NCBI GenBank assembly: GCA_024137785.1
Contig: JAHRHZ010000048.1
Location: 5,975,618 to 6,039,617 of the forward strand
DNA from: Ginglymostoma cirratum
Lineage: Eukaryota
DNA length: 64,000 nt
Reading direction: 5' to 3'
Positions 38,563 through 51,960 of the stretch are shown one piece after another. The notes beneath the pieces were generated by a model, which was not told the DNA's origin, did no database searches, and saw only the letters and a list, made by a program, of their open reading frames with translations. Positions within the stretch are counted from its first letter, which is position 1. Every line of letters begins with the position of its first letter. A program made the position numbers and the translations under genes.

Positions 38563-41500
38563 AGCAGGGATTATTATTTGTTATTGTCCAAACACCTAAT
38601 TACAATACACAAGGTAGGGCAGTTTCACTGGTTGAAATCAGCCAAAACAGCAGAAAAGGTCAAGGAATTGCAAGTGCAGTCCAGCACAGATTAAGTTTCC
38701 ACAATCTTTTGTATTAGTCCAGAAATATGCTGGACACGGAGCTGAACATGACACTGCCAACCCCTTCAGATTAAACTAAGCACCAATGTGTTTGCGCTAT
38801 TTATAGCTTTTCACAGTTCCTCAATGAGACCATTCAAAAATAACTTTCTTTTATTGGAAGGGTACCAATACCTTCTAAACACCTAAAAAGTATATGATTT
38901 ATAATTATACACTGCTACAAAAGAAAATAATGTTTGGTTTGCACAGTTTTTAGTCATTTTCAGCAGTTAAATTTGGACACTCACCATTGAAATATAGACA
39001 CGCTCTTAAGAATTTTTTTTTCTATTCAAATTACTTTCAACTGTACTACCAAAGCTGCAATAGATAACTACTTGATAAATCAAGTTTTTTTTTTCAAGAA
39101 AAACACTGATTAAGACTTTAAAACACTCCCTGATTGCTCTGGTTTATATGTGACTTCATGTTTGGAATTACACAATATAATTTACCAACTAAGGGTGACT
39201 GATGATGTTTCATGTCCTGGAGAGGTTTTGTGCATTTTTTTAATTAAAAGATTGGTTGCTATAGATTGTTACCTTGAAACTACATGGTACGGTTGAACTG
39301 TAGTATAGTTTCAGCATAGAAGGAATCCATTCAGCCTTTTGTAGCCATACCAGCTCTCTGCAAGATCAGATCAGTTAATCCACTTCTGCATCCATTTACC
39401 ATCGACCCAAATCCCAGAACTCATCCCTTCACTATTGTGGATGTTCCTTTCACTCCAGTAGTTCAAGGTGGCAGCTCTACACCACCTTCTTCAGCACAAT
39501 CAGGAATGGACAATAAATGCTGGAATAGGCAGCAACATCAAAATCCAATTATGAACAAAATTTAAAAAATACTGTTCTGATGTGTTGACACTAACTTCAT
39601 TTTTAATCTTAAAAAGAAATATTTCAGTAGAATAAATCATTGAGTACAAAGTGTATAAATTGTGAAATTAATCTTCAACATCTAATTGCGTTCTTTCACA
39701 ATTTAAGAATTATTAACAGCTTAAATGAATACAAGTACACAAGTATGTGTTCTCAATGATTTATAGGATTTTCACTAAAGTGGGTAAAATACCTTTAAAA
39801 TTGATCAGCCACACAAATAATGAAAAGTAAGTGTGAGCTTTGTTTTCCAAACTCAGGAATAAACAAACATTTGCACATTTGTGAAATGCAAATCTGATCT
39901 GACAAATATGGTTGCACAGAGAAAAATTAAAAATTAACAATCAAACATCAAAGTGCCAGCAACCCTATCTCAATTCCAACCTCCATTATTAATTCTTTTT
40001 AAAAAATGTCCATTTTTAATATGCCATTGCTGGATTAATAACAAGTTTAAAAGCCAGTCTCAGAATTTGCATGTGCTTATTCAATATAGTAATTGAAAAG
40101 CATACCATTTTACATTAGAGCTGCAGAGGTTTAATGGTCCTCTGGGACTGTGGTGACTTTCCTTTTACCTTTATAATCAAAACAGTTGTGAACAATTTTT
40201 AATTCTTGTACAATTTATATCCAGCATGCTGATTTCAATCACCAACCTATTTAATTTTACCCTTGTGTTACTGCCTTAACAATCAGCATATTAGATGTAT
40301 AATTTACCATCATGTTCATGTTTGAAACTTAACATTTTAGAGAGTCGTAACTGCATATGTGTACAAAACTGAAAGAATTATGTTTCCTTTTGTATGTCTG
40401 TGCTTTGTAAAATGCAGTAAGAAGAGTATGAGGTAACACAATTAATAGGGAGAAATAGGCTCAGTGAAACTACAACAAAGCAACGATCAGACTGGGTGAT
40501 ATTATGAGTTCGATCAGAAAGCAAGGTGTTTCATGACAGTGTAATAAAAACAAAAAAATGCTGGAAGTATTCTGCAGGTGGCAGTTAGCATTTGAGGACA
40601 TAGTAACATAACTAATAGGCTGAACTTAATGGCCGCCCTGAAGTGAGTTTAGTTGCATGGGAGTCTTTAATAGGATAGAAAGGTGTGGGTGGGGCCGCTG
40701 CCACCTTCTTACGTCTGCCTGATTAGATCTGAGGCATGAAACTTTCCTGGCTCACTGAAATTAATGGACCTTCAAGGACAACATCCTGCTACCGCTAGCA
40801 CACGATATTCAGGAAGCCTGAAAAGTTGTAGGCACTGGAGGAATTCCTTCCAATCAAAATCAGTAAATGAAAATTCTGGTAGATTAGATGAAAAGACAAA
40901 CTCTAACCCAGAGCTCAACGCTGAGGCAACCATATCAAAGAAGATGCTTTCAGTACTGCAAAGAGTTTGATTTTTGATAGGCACAAACTGCTCTCAATTT
41001 GATTACAAAATAAGTATGTTTGCAGCATGGATCTTTTATGGAAGGACAGTTTCTTTGAGACATTACTAGATCTTTTGTTGAAAGACTAGGCACTCTGTCA
41101 AACACCATAGTGCTTGAAGAAAGCATAGAACTGAAGATAAGGCTACTCACCTGGGAGTCCTGGGGTGGTAGCAGCCTGAAAATGCATCTGGTCATTTACT
41201 GCTCCGTTTTCACAACCCTTCAAAATGCTCTGATAGGACATTGGACGGCTTGCCTAGGCTCCTTTGATGTAGTCATGCAGTCCTTAGCATGTGGCGGAGT
41301 TACATGCTGCCCATTTAGCTGGGCATTGAGAGGCCTAACAAATGGCTAGTACAAATGGATTTCTTGAGGCCACTTGAAAAAAAGCTTCCTTGTAACTTTA
41401 TACCTTTGTGTGTCCAGAAGGTCCAGGATCACTCCTGGGCCCGCAATCAAGAGCTGGCCCAGTGCTTTGCATATGTAAGGTACCTGGCGGGTGGCTCTAC

Positions 41501-42045
41501 TTATCTCTGGCCCAATCTACAGACAGCCCGGTGTGCAGCTAGCCTACTCTTATCTCTCTTACTGAACTGCAACAGGGCTTGGCTCCTGAACTAAGGGCTG
41601 TGCAGGCCTCAAGATGGCTCAAACCTACGACAATAACAATATGCAGACACTGAGCATTTTGTGCCTTGATTTAAAATTGCCCCAGTATGTTAGTGCAAGG
41701 CAATCGTACGATATAAAATACGGGTCATCATAAATAATTTACGTTTTATAATGGCTGTTTCAAACAATCTTCAAATTTTAACAGCAATAGGTACTCAGAT
41801 CTCCATAGGGCTATTGTTTAAAGATAAACAGGTTAGAATATTTTCCCAGTATTGTCACCTAAATATAGTTTGGTTAACTAGATATTTAGGTTTAACAATT
41901 GATAATTACAACGAAAGCTTTTCTACGCCTATATTCTCCTGATTTAAGGTCCTCCAGACAGCTTATGTTCTACAAAACGTTTTGTTTCTCCTCCCGAGCT
42001 CCTTTCATAACTCTCATTCTATTTACTGCATATTGAAGTGTCACT

Positions 42046-45000
42046 GGGGAAGCATTGATGTATTACATTGGACTATGTAATTCAGAGCTAATGCTCTGGG
42101 GACATGGGTTAGAATCCCACCACACAGATGGTGAAATTTGAATTTACTTAATAAATCTAGGATTAAAAGCTAGTCTACTGTCTGAAATGGTGCAATTCAA
42201 TTGCATCAAACTGCTATGAAGCCTAAAATAATGGAATGTAGCAAGTTGGAGTGTCTGGCATCAACTTAAGCACTTGTAATGACAATGGCAAACCCAGCCC
42301 TGTCAACCTTACTGTCCTCCTCACTCCCACCTAGAGAGGTTGTGACAAATGTTGGACATCTGTCCCACAGACTAATCAAGCAGTAACACGACATAGTCAC
42401 ATTCACAGACTGGTAACTTTTAGACAATGTCATCAGCCCTGGGTATATCCTGCTTCGCCAGTGAGACAGACTCACCAGAGGTGGTGGCACAGTGGTATAC
42501 AGACAGAAGGGAGTTTCCCTGGGAGATGCCATAAAGTGTCATGACTTTGTAAGTGTCATGGTCAAACATGGTGAAAGAAACCACTGATTACCACTGATGA
42601 TTCTACACTCCTCCATGTTGAGCACCACTTGGAGGAAGTGCTGAGGGTGGCAAGGGGACAGATTGTACTCTAGTGGGTGACCTCAATGTCTATCACCAAC
42701 AGTAGCTCAGCAGAACCACTGCCAACTAAGTTGGCTGAGTCTGAAAGGATACAATTTCTATGCTGCATCTGTGGCCGGTGTTGAGGAAATCAACAAGAAG
42801 GAAAATATTCTTGATCTCTTCCTGTCCAATCTATCAGCTGCAGATGCATCTGACCGTGACTCTTTGAGTAAGAGTGATCACCATATGTTTTCTTGTGGAG
42901 ACATAGTCCATTTTCGGTTTGAGAGTACCTTCCATTGTGTTGTGCAGCACTACCACTGTGGTAATGGACAGATCCAGTAATTCAACCTTGGGCATCCATT
43001 AACAGGAGCAAAATTGTATTCAAACATCTGTAACCTCATGGCTCACATAAACCCTACTCTACCATTATCGTCAAGCCAGGGGATCAATCTTGATTCAATG
43101 GAAAGTGCAGGAGGGTATACATGAAGCAGTACCAGGCATACCTAAAAATGAGGAATCAACATGGTGAAGCCACCAAACAGGAATAGTTGTGTACCAAACA
43201 GTAGAAGCAGCAAGTGATGCAAAGTATAAAGTGGTCCAATACCACTGGATCAGATCTAGTTCTGCAGTCCTTTGACACCCATTTGTGAACAGTGGTGGAT
43301 AATTAAACAATTAACATGAGGAGGAGGTTTCACAACTATGCCCTACTCAATGATGGGGGCAACAAACATATCAGGGCAAAAATTAGGAGTGAAGCATTTG
43401 CACCCACATTCAGCCTAAAGGGCTGAAGGAATACTCCATCTTGAGCTCTGCTTGAACTCCTCAATATCACAGATGACAGTCTTCAACCAATTCGATTCAC
43501 TCCACATGATGTAAAGAAATGGCTGAATTCAGTGGATACTGCAAAAGCTGTGGACCCTGGCAACATTTCCAGTAATAGTACTGAAGAATGCTATAGAACT
43601 AACTGCAGCCCTAGTCAGACTGTCCCAATGAAGTTACAACACTGACATCTAGCTTACAATGTGGAAAATTGCCTGGGTATTTTCTGTGCCACATAAAGCA
43701 GAACAAATCCACCCCAGCCAAGTACTGCCACAATAGTCCACTCTTGATCATTAGTAAGGCATTTGGGGAGCCGTCTAAACTGGCCATCAAGATGCACTCG
43801 CTCAGAAATAATTAGTCTGCTCATTGATGCTCAGTTTGGGCTTGAATAGAACCATTCAGCTCCTGAACCTATTACAGGCTTCGGCCTAACATAGACAAAA
43901 GATTTGAATTCCAGAGGCAAGTAACACACTTTACATCAAAGCAGTCCAGGAGTGTTTTCGACATGAAGGACTCTAGCAAGAATGGAGTCAATGGGTCTCA
44001 GAGGGAAATCTCTGCTGGTTGGCATCATACCAGGCACGTAGGAAAATGGTGGTGGTTGTCAGAAATCAATCATCTCCGCTCCAGGATATCATTGCAAGAG
44101 TTCCTCAGCGTAGTGTCTTAGGCCCAAAAATCTTCAGCTACTTTATCAACGACCTTCCTTCTAGTGGGAATGTTCCCTATGATTGTACTGTTCAACACTG
44201 TTCACAAATCCTCTGATGCTGAAGCAATCTATGTTCATATACAGCAAGAATTTGACAAAAAAAAATCCAGTTTTGGCTGAAAAGTGACAAGCAACATTTG
44301 TTCATAGACATTTATAGCATTGAAGGAAGCCGTTCAACCTATCATGTCCTTATTGATCAACATAGGTCTGACTACACTACACTAATTCCATCCTCCTGAA
44401 GGCTATGGTATTATCAGTGAATATCTAAAAACTGCTTAAATGTTATGAGAGGTTTTAACTCAATCACCCTTCCAGGCAGTGAGGTCACCCGCTGGGTGAA
44501 ACTATTTCTCCTTGACTCTCCTCTCAGCTTCTAACTGTTACCTTAAATTCACGGCCAGCTTATTGGCCCCTCTACAAATAGAAATAATGTTGTTCTAGCT
44601 ACCTTATCTATGCCCCGCATAATGTTCCACACCTCTATCAGTTCTCCTATCAACCTTCACTGCTCCCAGGACAATAATCCCAGCCTATCCAGCTTTTTTT
44701 CAGAGCTCAGGCCCACCAGCATCCTGGAAAAGTTTCTCTGTGCCCTCTCTGGTGCTATCACATCCTTCATATAACTATGTTCCTAATCAACCTGCTCAGT
44801 GATGTTATTACACACCTCTAGAGCAGGTGGGTCTTGAGCTCAGGTCTCTTGGTTCAGGGCTAGGACCACAAGAGGGCTCCACATCCTTCCTATGATGTGG
44901 TAACAAGAACTACATGCAGCTGTGTCCTAACTCTCATTTTATACAGTTCCAGCATAATCTCTCTGCTCTTGTATTCTATGCCTTTGCTAATAAAGTCATG

Positions 45001-45960
45001 TATCCCATATTCCTTCTTAACCAACTTATCTACCCACCCTGCTGCTTTCAGGGATCTGTGAACTACATATCAAAATGCTTCTGATCATTAGTACTGCCAC
45101 TTACAATGTAATCCCTTGCCTTGTTAACCCTCCCCAAGTGCATTATCTTGCATGTTTCTGATTGAATTCCATTTGCCACTGCTCTGCCCACCTGACCACT
45201 CCATTGATATCCTTCTGTGGTTTATGAAAATTCTCCCATTTTCCACCCTACCAAATTTTGCGTCGGCCACATACATTTTGATCATAATTCCCACACCTAA
45301 GTCCAAATCATTATTGTACATCGTAAATAGCACCATGACCTCTGTGGAACCTTACAACAGACTTTCAATCACAGAGCCATCCGTCCACCAATACCCTCTG
45401 CCTCTTGTCTCTCAGCCATTTTGGATCTAATGTGCCACTTTGCCTTGGATCCCGTGGGCTCTTACTTTCTTGACCAGTTGGCTCGTATCAAAAACCTTCC
45501 TAAAGTCCATGTAGGACCAAATATAATGCCATTATCAACATTCCTGGTTACCTACCTAAAAAAAAAAATCAAAATCATCAAACGTGACATTCCCTTAACA
45601 AGTCCATGCTGACTAGCCTTGATTATCCTTGTCCCTTCAAGTGCAGTTATATTCTGTCCGTTAAAAGTCCTTCTAATAACTTTCCCACCACTGAGGTTAG
45701 ATACACAGGAACACTACCACCTGCAAGTTCACCACAAAGCCACCTAACCCTAACCCTAACCCTAGCCACTCATCATCCTGACTTGGAAACATATCACCAT
45801 TCCTTCACTGTCGCTAGGTCAAAATCCTGGAATTCTCTCCCTTATGGCATTTTATGTGTCAAGCCATAGCAGGTGGACTGCAGCAGTTCAAGAAGGCAGC
45901 TCACCACCACCTTCTCAAAGGCAACTAGGGGTGCAGTCATTCCACAAATGAATATATAAA
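42046..45960 (+). mobile_element. Near full-length degenerate tRNA-headed LINE, interrupted by a minus-strand CR1 (~44303-45695)
   Basis: Head (gggttagaatccc), APE (ENILDLFLSN, SDH), RT (VPQRSVLGPKIFSYFINDLP), tail at ~45705-45960. Confidence 0.8.
45744..45763 (-). repeat. Short interstitial telomeric repeat (TTAGGG)x3.3
   Basis: ctaaccctaaccctaaccct flanked by AGCCAC on both sides. Confidence 0.75.
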
Positions 45961-47788
45961 AACAATTATGGACAAATACTGTAGTGGTTTACCATTTCCT
46001 TCTTAGGCTGTCTGACCTGCTCTCACCGACTGCCATTAGGTGATTTGGAGCGGGACTTGACCCTAGAGGGTTCTGGGCTAGAGTTGGTGATTTACAACAA
46101 TGCCATAAGATCTTCTGCTGAGTTTGTTACATACTTACAATTCTTCCCCTTGCCATAGCTCTGATTTACCTTCACTTCACTAATGGCTGCTATGCTTTTA
46201 GATACCTAAGTTCTAGAACTTCCTCACTAAATGCCTTTATCTCTGTCTTCTTTTTATATCACTTCCTAAAGCCTACTTCTTTGACCAAGTTTTTGATCAA
46301 TGTCCTAATCTTTGTTCAAGCTGCATCTGTGGTCACCCAAGAACATTAATTCCAGAGATGAAAGGCTTGTTTTACGAGGAGACATTGAGCAGCTTGTGGC
46401 TATACTCACTGGAGTTTATAAGGATGAGAGGAGATCTAATGGAAATATAAAAGCTGCTAAAGGGGATTGACAAAGAGAACATCGAATGCTGTTTCCCCTT
46501 GTGCATCAATTTAGAATGAGAGGTCATAATTTTAGGCTAAAGAGTGGCAGAGATGAGGAGGAATTACTTCTATCAAAGCATCGTGACTTTGTGAAATTCC
46601 TTACTCCATAATGCAGTGGACACCAGGGCACAAAATAAACTTAAGGAGGAAATAGACCGATTTTCCAATTATCATCAACTGCTTCATCAATGACTTTCTC
46701 TCCATGATACGATCAGAACTAGGAATGTTCACTCATGTTTGCTCAATGTTCGGTGTCATTTGCAACTCCTTAGATTCTAAAGCAGCCTGTGTCGATATGT
46801 AACAAGACTTGCACAATATTTAAGCCTGAACTGAGAAGTGGCAAGTAATATTCGTGCCACACAAGCATGGGATACCACCACATGCAAGTTCCCCTCCAAG
46901 CTACTCATCATTGTGTCTTGGAAATATATGACTGTTCCTCCAGTGTCATGGGGTGAAATCCTGGAATTCCCTCCCTAACAACACATGGACAGCAACAGTT
47001 CAAGAAGGCAGCTCACCACCACCTTATCAAGGGCAACTGGGGGCCTGCAATAAATGCAGGCCCAGCCAACAACTCCCTCTTCGCACGAGAGAATAAAAAG
47101 AAAAGATTTTTAAAACTCCTTCACTATCACTGGATCTATATCCCACAACCCCCTTCCTTACAGCACTCTAGGTGTATTTACATCAAGCGGATTTGTGTAA
47201 TTCGAGAAGGTGCCTCATCACTACTTACTCAAGGACAGTTTGGGATGGGCAATAAATCTTGGACTTCGCGGCAACATACAAATCCCATTAAATAAGAAAA
47301 TAAAATTCTGATGCATAAGCAAATGTGCCTCAAGCTCTTTATTTATCAGGCATCATCATATTAGCAAGAAGATCTTACAGAAAAACATCAATTTATGCAT
47401 AATTGAAACCAATTCAAAGTTGGTCATTTGTTTTACCATTTCCACTTTTTTCCCAATATTTATGAATATCATGTACAAGATGGGAAGATTACACACTGAC
47501 ATTGCTTTGTCATTTAGTTTATTGTTATGAACATTAAAAAAATCCATTTTTGCTGTTAATATTTTGCTCATTTCTCTTTGCTCTGAATATAACCCTAGTA
47601 CACTAATTTATATGGGGTAATCCTCTAAGTAATTGATCAATACTAACAAAATACATATATTCTAGACTTCATTCTGCACCAGTAAGCGCACTGAAGCTAA
47701 TTGTTTTATAGTTATTTTTATTCTCATCCCTAATCACAATATCAAAAACTGCATCAGTACGTAAACCTTATTCCCTTTCCTTTAACAG

Positions 47789-47968
47789 GCGGCACCACTG
47801 CCCACATATGCCAACAGGATTCCATGACAAAACTCTGCAGCCTTGTCTGCTGACTGAGTACCATGAAAAATACCCTTCATATGGAGATATCAAACCCAGG
47901 GAAAACTACAAACCAAAACCTGAAATTTTGTCTAACCGTGGCAAAATGGAAGGAACGTCAACATTTAG
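47789..47968 (+). CDS. SAXO2: SAXO family gene, second coding exon (no further exon recognised in the window)
   Basis: Polypyrimidine-aacag acceptor, 180 nt, (G)RHHCPHMPTGFHDKTLQPCLLTEYHEKYPSYGDIKPRENYKPKPEILSNRGKMEGTSTF, AG|gtaagt; phase fits exon 1 (CG-RHHCPH). Confidence 0.92.
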
Positions 47969-49149
47969 GTAAGTGTCTTTAGAGTGAGAGGCTAAGTGAG
48001 AGGCATTCAACCATAGAACAATGAAGTTGTTTCTTTAAACAGATTAAATGCACAAATTATATTGCTACTGTTTATGTGTACTACAACTGCAATATTTCAT
48101 GCTCTACCCATGGCATTGTGATATTAATTTGCAATTAAATTTATTAAGCCAGTTTTTTAAACATAGACAAGAAATTCCCCACAGGATGGCATTTTATTTT
48201 TTAACTAACATTAAAGTATAATCTATAAAATAGGACATTAATAGTGACCACACAAAATGAGAATTCACTTTGTGGTTTTGTTAATCTAAACGCAAGATTT
48301 CTCACAGATTTTAATTTTTAAGGGTACAAAATAATTTCTGCTAGATTATTTCACGTTTAAATCTATAAAATATTTTATAAATTAATTATACTGACAGTAT
48401 AAACTAATTTTAAGAAGGCTAAATGCCTCCAGAATGCAAATAAATCTCAACCAAGTTCAATGGTGCTCTGAACATTTGTACACCACTGAAAATGGATTGG
48501 TAAACACTGGCAAAATCAATAAGAAAGAGGCACATTTTATTTCTTAAACCTCATTACAAGTTGTTCATGATGAATGTGTGTAGCACACTGCAGCTATGCA
48601 GTTAACCCAAAGGAAGCACATCATTTAATATGGTGCCAAATTTTCATTTGGTGATGGAGGTGAGAATGTAAAAAATTTATAATCTTTTGGATTTATTTGA
48701 AATTTGCAATGCTCTCAGAATGTTGCACTGGTTTCTTTTTATGGCCTTTTTACTCATCAGGATGGCTTTGGGTTGTGACCTCACATGCTTCTTTTCTGAG
48801 GCTAATGTCACCATTCTAACCCCTTCTGGAAATTTAGCTTTGTTTCTCCTCATTATTTTGATGCGGGCTTTGGAAGCCCTATGAAAAACTGTCTCAAGGG
48901 CAGTTGGTGGTGACTGCAGCATGTCTGCTGAGAAGTCAGGAACAGGTAAGTATCAAATATTCTGACAAAGTTGAATGTCATTATTTGATGTTGTATTGTG
49001 TCGTGGACAGTGTTATAACTGCAGTGATTCATCAATGGGCGCTGCCATTACATTTACCATCATTATTTAGGTTTTATGATATATTGCTTTTCTTAATTTT
49101 AGAGTGAGGGGTGAGGTTTAATGAGCATAGAATGATATTGAGAGCTAGG

Positions 49150-51900
49150 CTGTCAAGCCTAGAAAACTTCCAACCTCCAGTCAACCTCCCTTCCTCAATT
49201 TCTCCTTATAAGACAATGCCATCATGCAAAGGATTAATCTGGTGAAAGTTAATGGTTCTTCCGCTAGGGCAAAGATATCCTCCCTTAGATAAGGAGCCCA
49301 AAACTGTATACAATAGACTAAGTAGGGTCTGACTATGTCTCTACTCACTTGCAAAAAGTCATATTTTCTCCTGGACTTAATTCCCTTTGTGATGCAGCAC
49401 AACATAACACTTGTCTTCCTAATTGTTTTATGCACCTGTATGCTAACTTGTAACAGCTCATGAACAAGGACATCCAGATTCCTTTGAAAACCTGCACTTC
49501 CCAAGCTCCCACTATTCAAGAAATATTCTGTTGTTTTCTTTTCTGTACCAAAGTAACTAATTTAGTATTTATCCACATGATATTCCATTTGCCATATCCT
49601 AGCCCACTCAATTAGTCTCTTGAAGCTTTCTTGCATTCTCGTCACAACTTATACTCCCACCTAGTGTTGATATCATAAATGAATTTGGAAATATTACAAT
49701 TAAACCAAATACCCAAATCAGTTAGTGGATTGTAAACAGCTGTAGATATAGCACTGATACTTTGTGATATGGTATTCACAAGAAAAAGCCAGCCATTCTA
49801 AAACCTTATTAATACTTTCTGTCTTTTAACCAATTACACCCAATCCCATGCAATCCTACTATTTAATACCCTCATGTGTGGGGACTTATCAATAACCTTC
49901 TGAAAATCACATTCACTGGTTCTCCTTTATCTACGCTATTAGCAACATGCTCAGAAAAACTCCCAAGTTGTCAAACATGATTTCTATTTCATAAATCTGT
50001 GTTGATTCTATCAGATTTTGCCAGTTGCTGCTTACTGTTCAGTTATCAAGTTGTTTATAGCAGATGTCAACCTTTTCCATACTTCTAAGGTCAGGCTATT
50101 CTCCTTCACCTTCCCTTCTTAACTAGCAGGATTACATTTACTACCTTCCAGTCTGCAAGAACCTTTCCAGATCCGTAGAACTATGAAATATACTGCCAAT
50201 GCATCCACTATCTCATGACCCAACACTTTCATCACACAGGGATGAAGAACATCTGGTCTAGGGTAGTTACCAAACTTCAGTTCAGTTAACGTTTCAAGCA
50301 CCACCTCTTTACTAATTACATTTAATACTTCAGTATGGCAACAACCTTGGATTTTTGGGATATTTTCTGTATCACCTTCTGTAAATACAGACACAAAGTA
50401 ATTGTTTAGTTTCTCAGCCATTTTTCCTTGTCCAGAACTATAAATTGTCCTGTCTGCACCTGTAATGGGCCATATTTATCCAAGATAATCTTTTCCTTTT
50501 TGCATAGCAGAAGATGCTTTTGTAGTCTACTCTTATGATTCTCGCTGGTCTATCTTCATGTTCACATCTCTTCTTAATTTATTTCTTTGTCTTCCTTTGC
50601 TGGGCTCTAAATTGGACAAAAACTGTTAACTTTTCAATAAATATTTACAGAAACTCATAATTCATGTTTTGATCATTCTGGCTAGGTTTCACTTATTCTC
50701 CCTTCCTTCCTTATTTATTTTTCTGTTATTCTTTGATGCTTTTATATTTCATCCAAACTTCTGACCCTCCATCTGGCTTTGCATGATTCTATGCTTTTTA
50801 AAAATTTAAATATTACTTTTAACATTTCTAGTTAACCACAATGCTAGATTTGTCCCTTGGAATTTTTCTTGCTTGATGGAATATATCTATTCTGTGCATT
50901 ATGAAATATATCCTTAAATGCTTGGCACTGCGTCCGTGTTAACACATGCTTCAATCTAATTTATCCATTCACGTTGTAGCTCTACAGCTTTCATGTCCTC
51001 AAAATTGACCCATTCAAGTTTATTAAAGTCCTCTCAGACCCATTTCTTTTTCCCTCAAACTGAATGTAAAATTCAATCATATTATCACTACTACCCTCGG
51101 GTGCTTCCACTGTGAGATCATAAATTAATTGTATCTCATTGCACCATGTAGTCTGGTATAACCTGCTCTCCTGTTAGTTCCAGAATATGCTGTTTTAGGA
51201 AGTCATCTCAAAAGCATTCTTTAACTCCTTATCTGGCTATCTTTGCCCATCTGACTTTTCCAGTCTAAGTAAATTGAAATCCCCATGATTATCATTGTGT
51301 CTTTCTAGCAATCTTCCATTATTTCTTACTTTACGTTCCATCCTGCTGCCTAGTTACCATTAGGGGTAATATCACTCCCACAAATTCCTTTATCACTTAT
51401 CACTTTCTTATCTCTAACCAAGTCATTTAAATATCCTGGTTTCCTCAATTTAAAACATTTTCTCTATTGTCTTAATTCCATAATTAATGAATAAAGCCAT
51501 ACTTGCACCTTTTTCCTAGCCTCCCATCCTTCCTAAATTCAGGCACCCTTCACTATTCAGGTACCACTCCATGTTATCCTGCATCTATGTCTTTGTAATT
51601 GCTGCCCAATAAGACTTTTTTCCCTATTTGAAATCTTAGTTCATCTGTTCTGTTTCAAACGCATCATGCATTCAGGTATCGTCCTTAGTTTTATCCCTTT
51701 TGTTTTTTTGTAACCTGTAGGGATATTTGTAGACTCAATCTTAGATTTATACTCTCTATATATCTCTTCTATCATAGATTGTTTGTCATTTCTCATATTA
51801 ATACCATTCTTGTTTGGCTAGTCTCTCCTCTTTGGTTTATCACACCTTACCAAATTTGATACCTTGCTTCCATTCTTTAAGTTAAAACTTCTCTACTTCC
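49150..51900 (-). mobile_element. Old CR1 LINE ORF2 remnant
   Basis: MAEKLNNYFVSVFT, PRPDVLHPCVMK, VRPYLVYCIQFWAPYLRED. Other CR1 pieces at ~4900-5940 (+), 8410-8700 (+), 12325-12640 (-), 19480-20810, 46345-46665 (+), 54805-55510 (-) and 55810-56070 (+). Confidence 0.8.
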
Positions 51901-51960
51901 CTAGTTAAGTAGCTCCCAAGAACACCAGCCCCAGCTTGGTTCAGTTGGAGACTTTCACAA

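Noticed and set aside
37912-38564. Four long ORFs of 179-192 aa
   Set aside because: Artefacts of translating through the N gap
40617-41682. Possible non-autonomous DNA transposon (ggctgaactt...aaaattgccc ends)
   Set aside because: Terminal match too weak and no clear TSD
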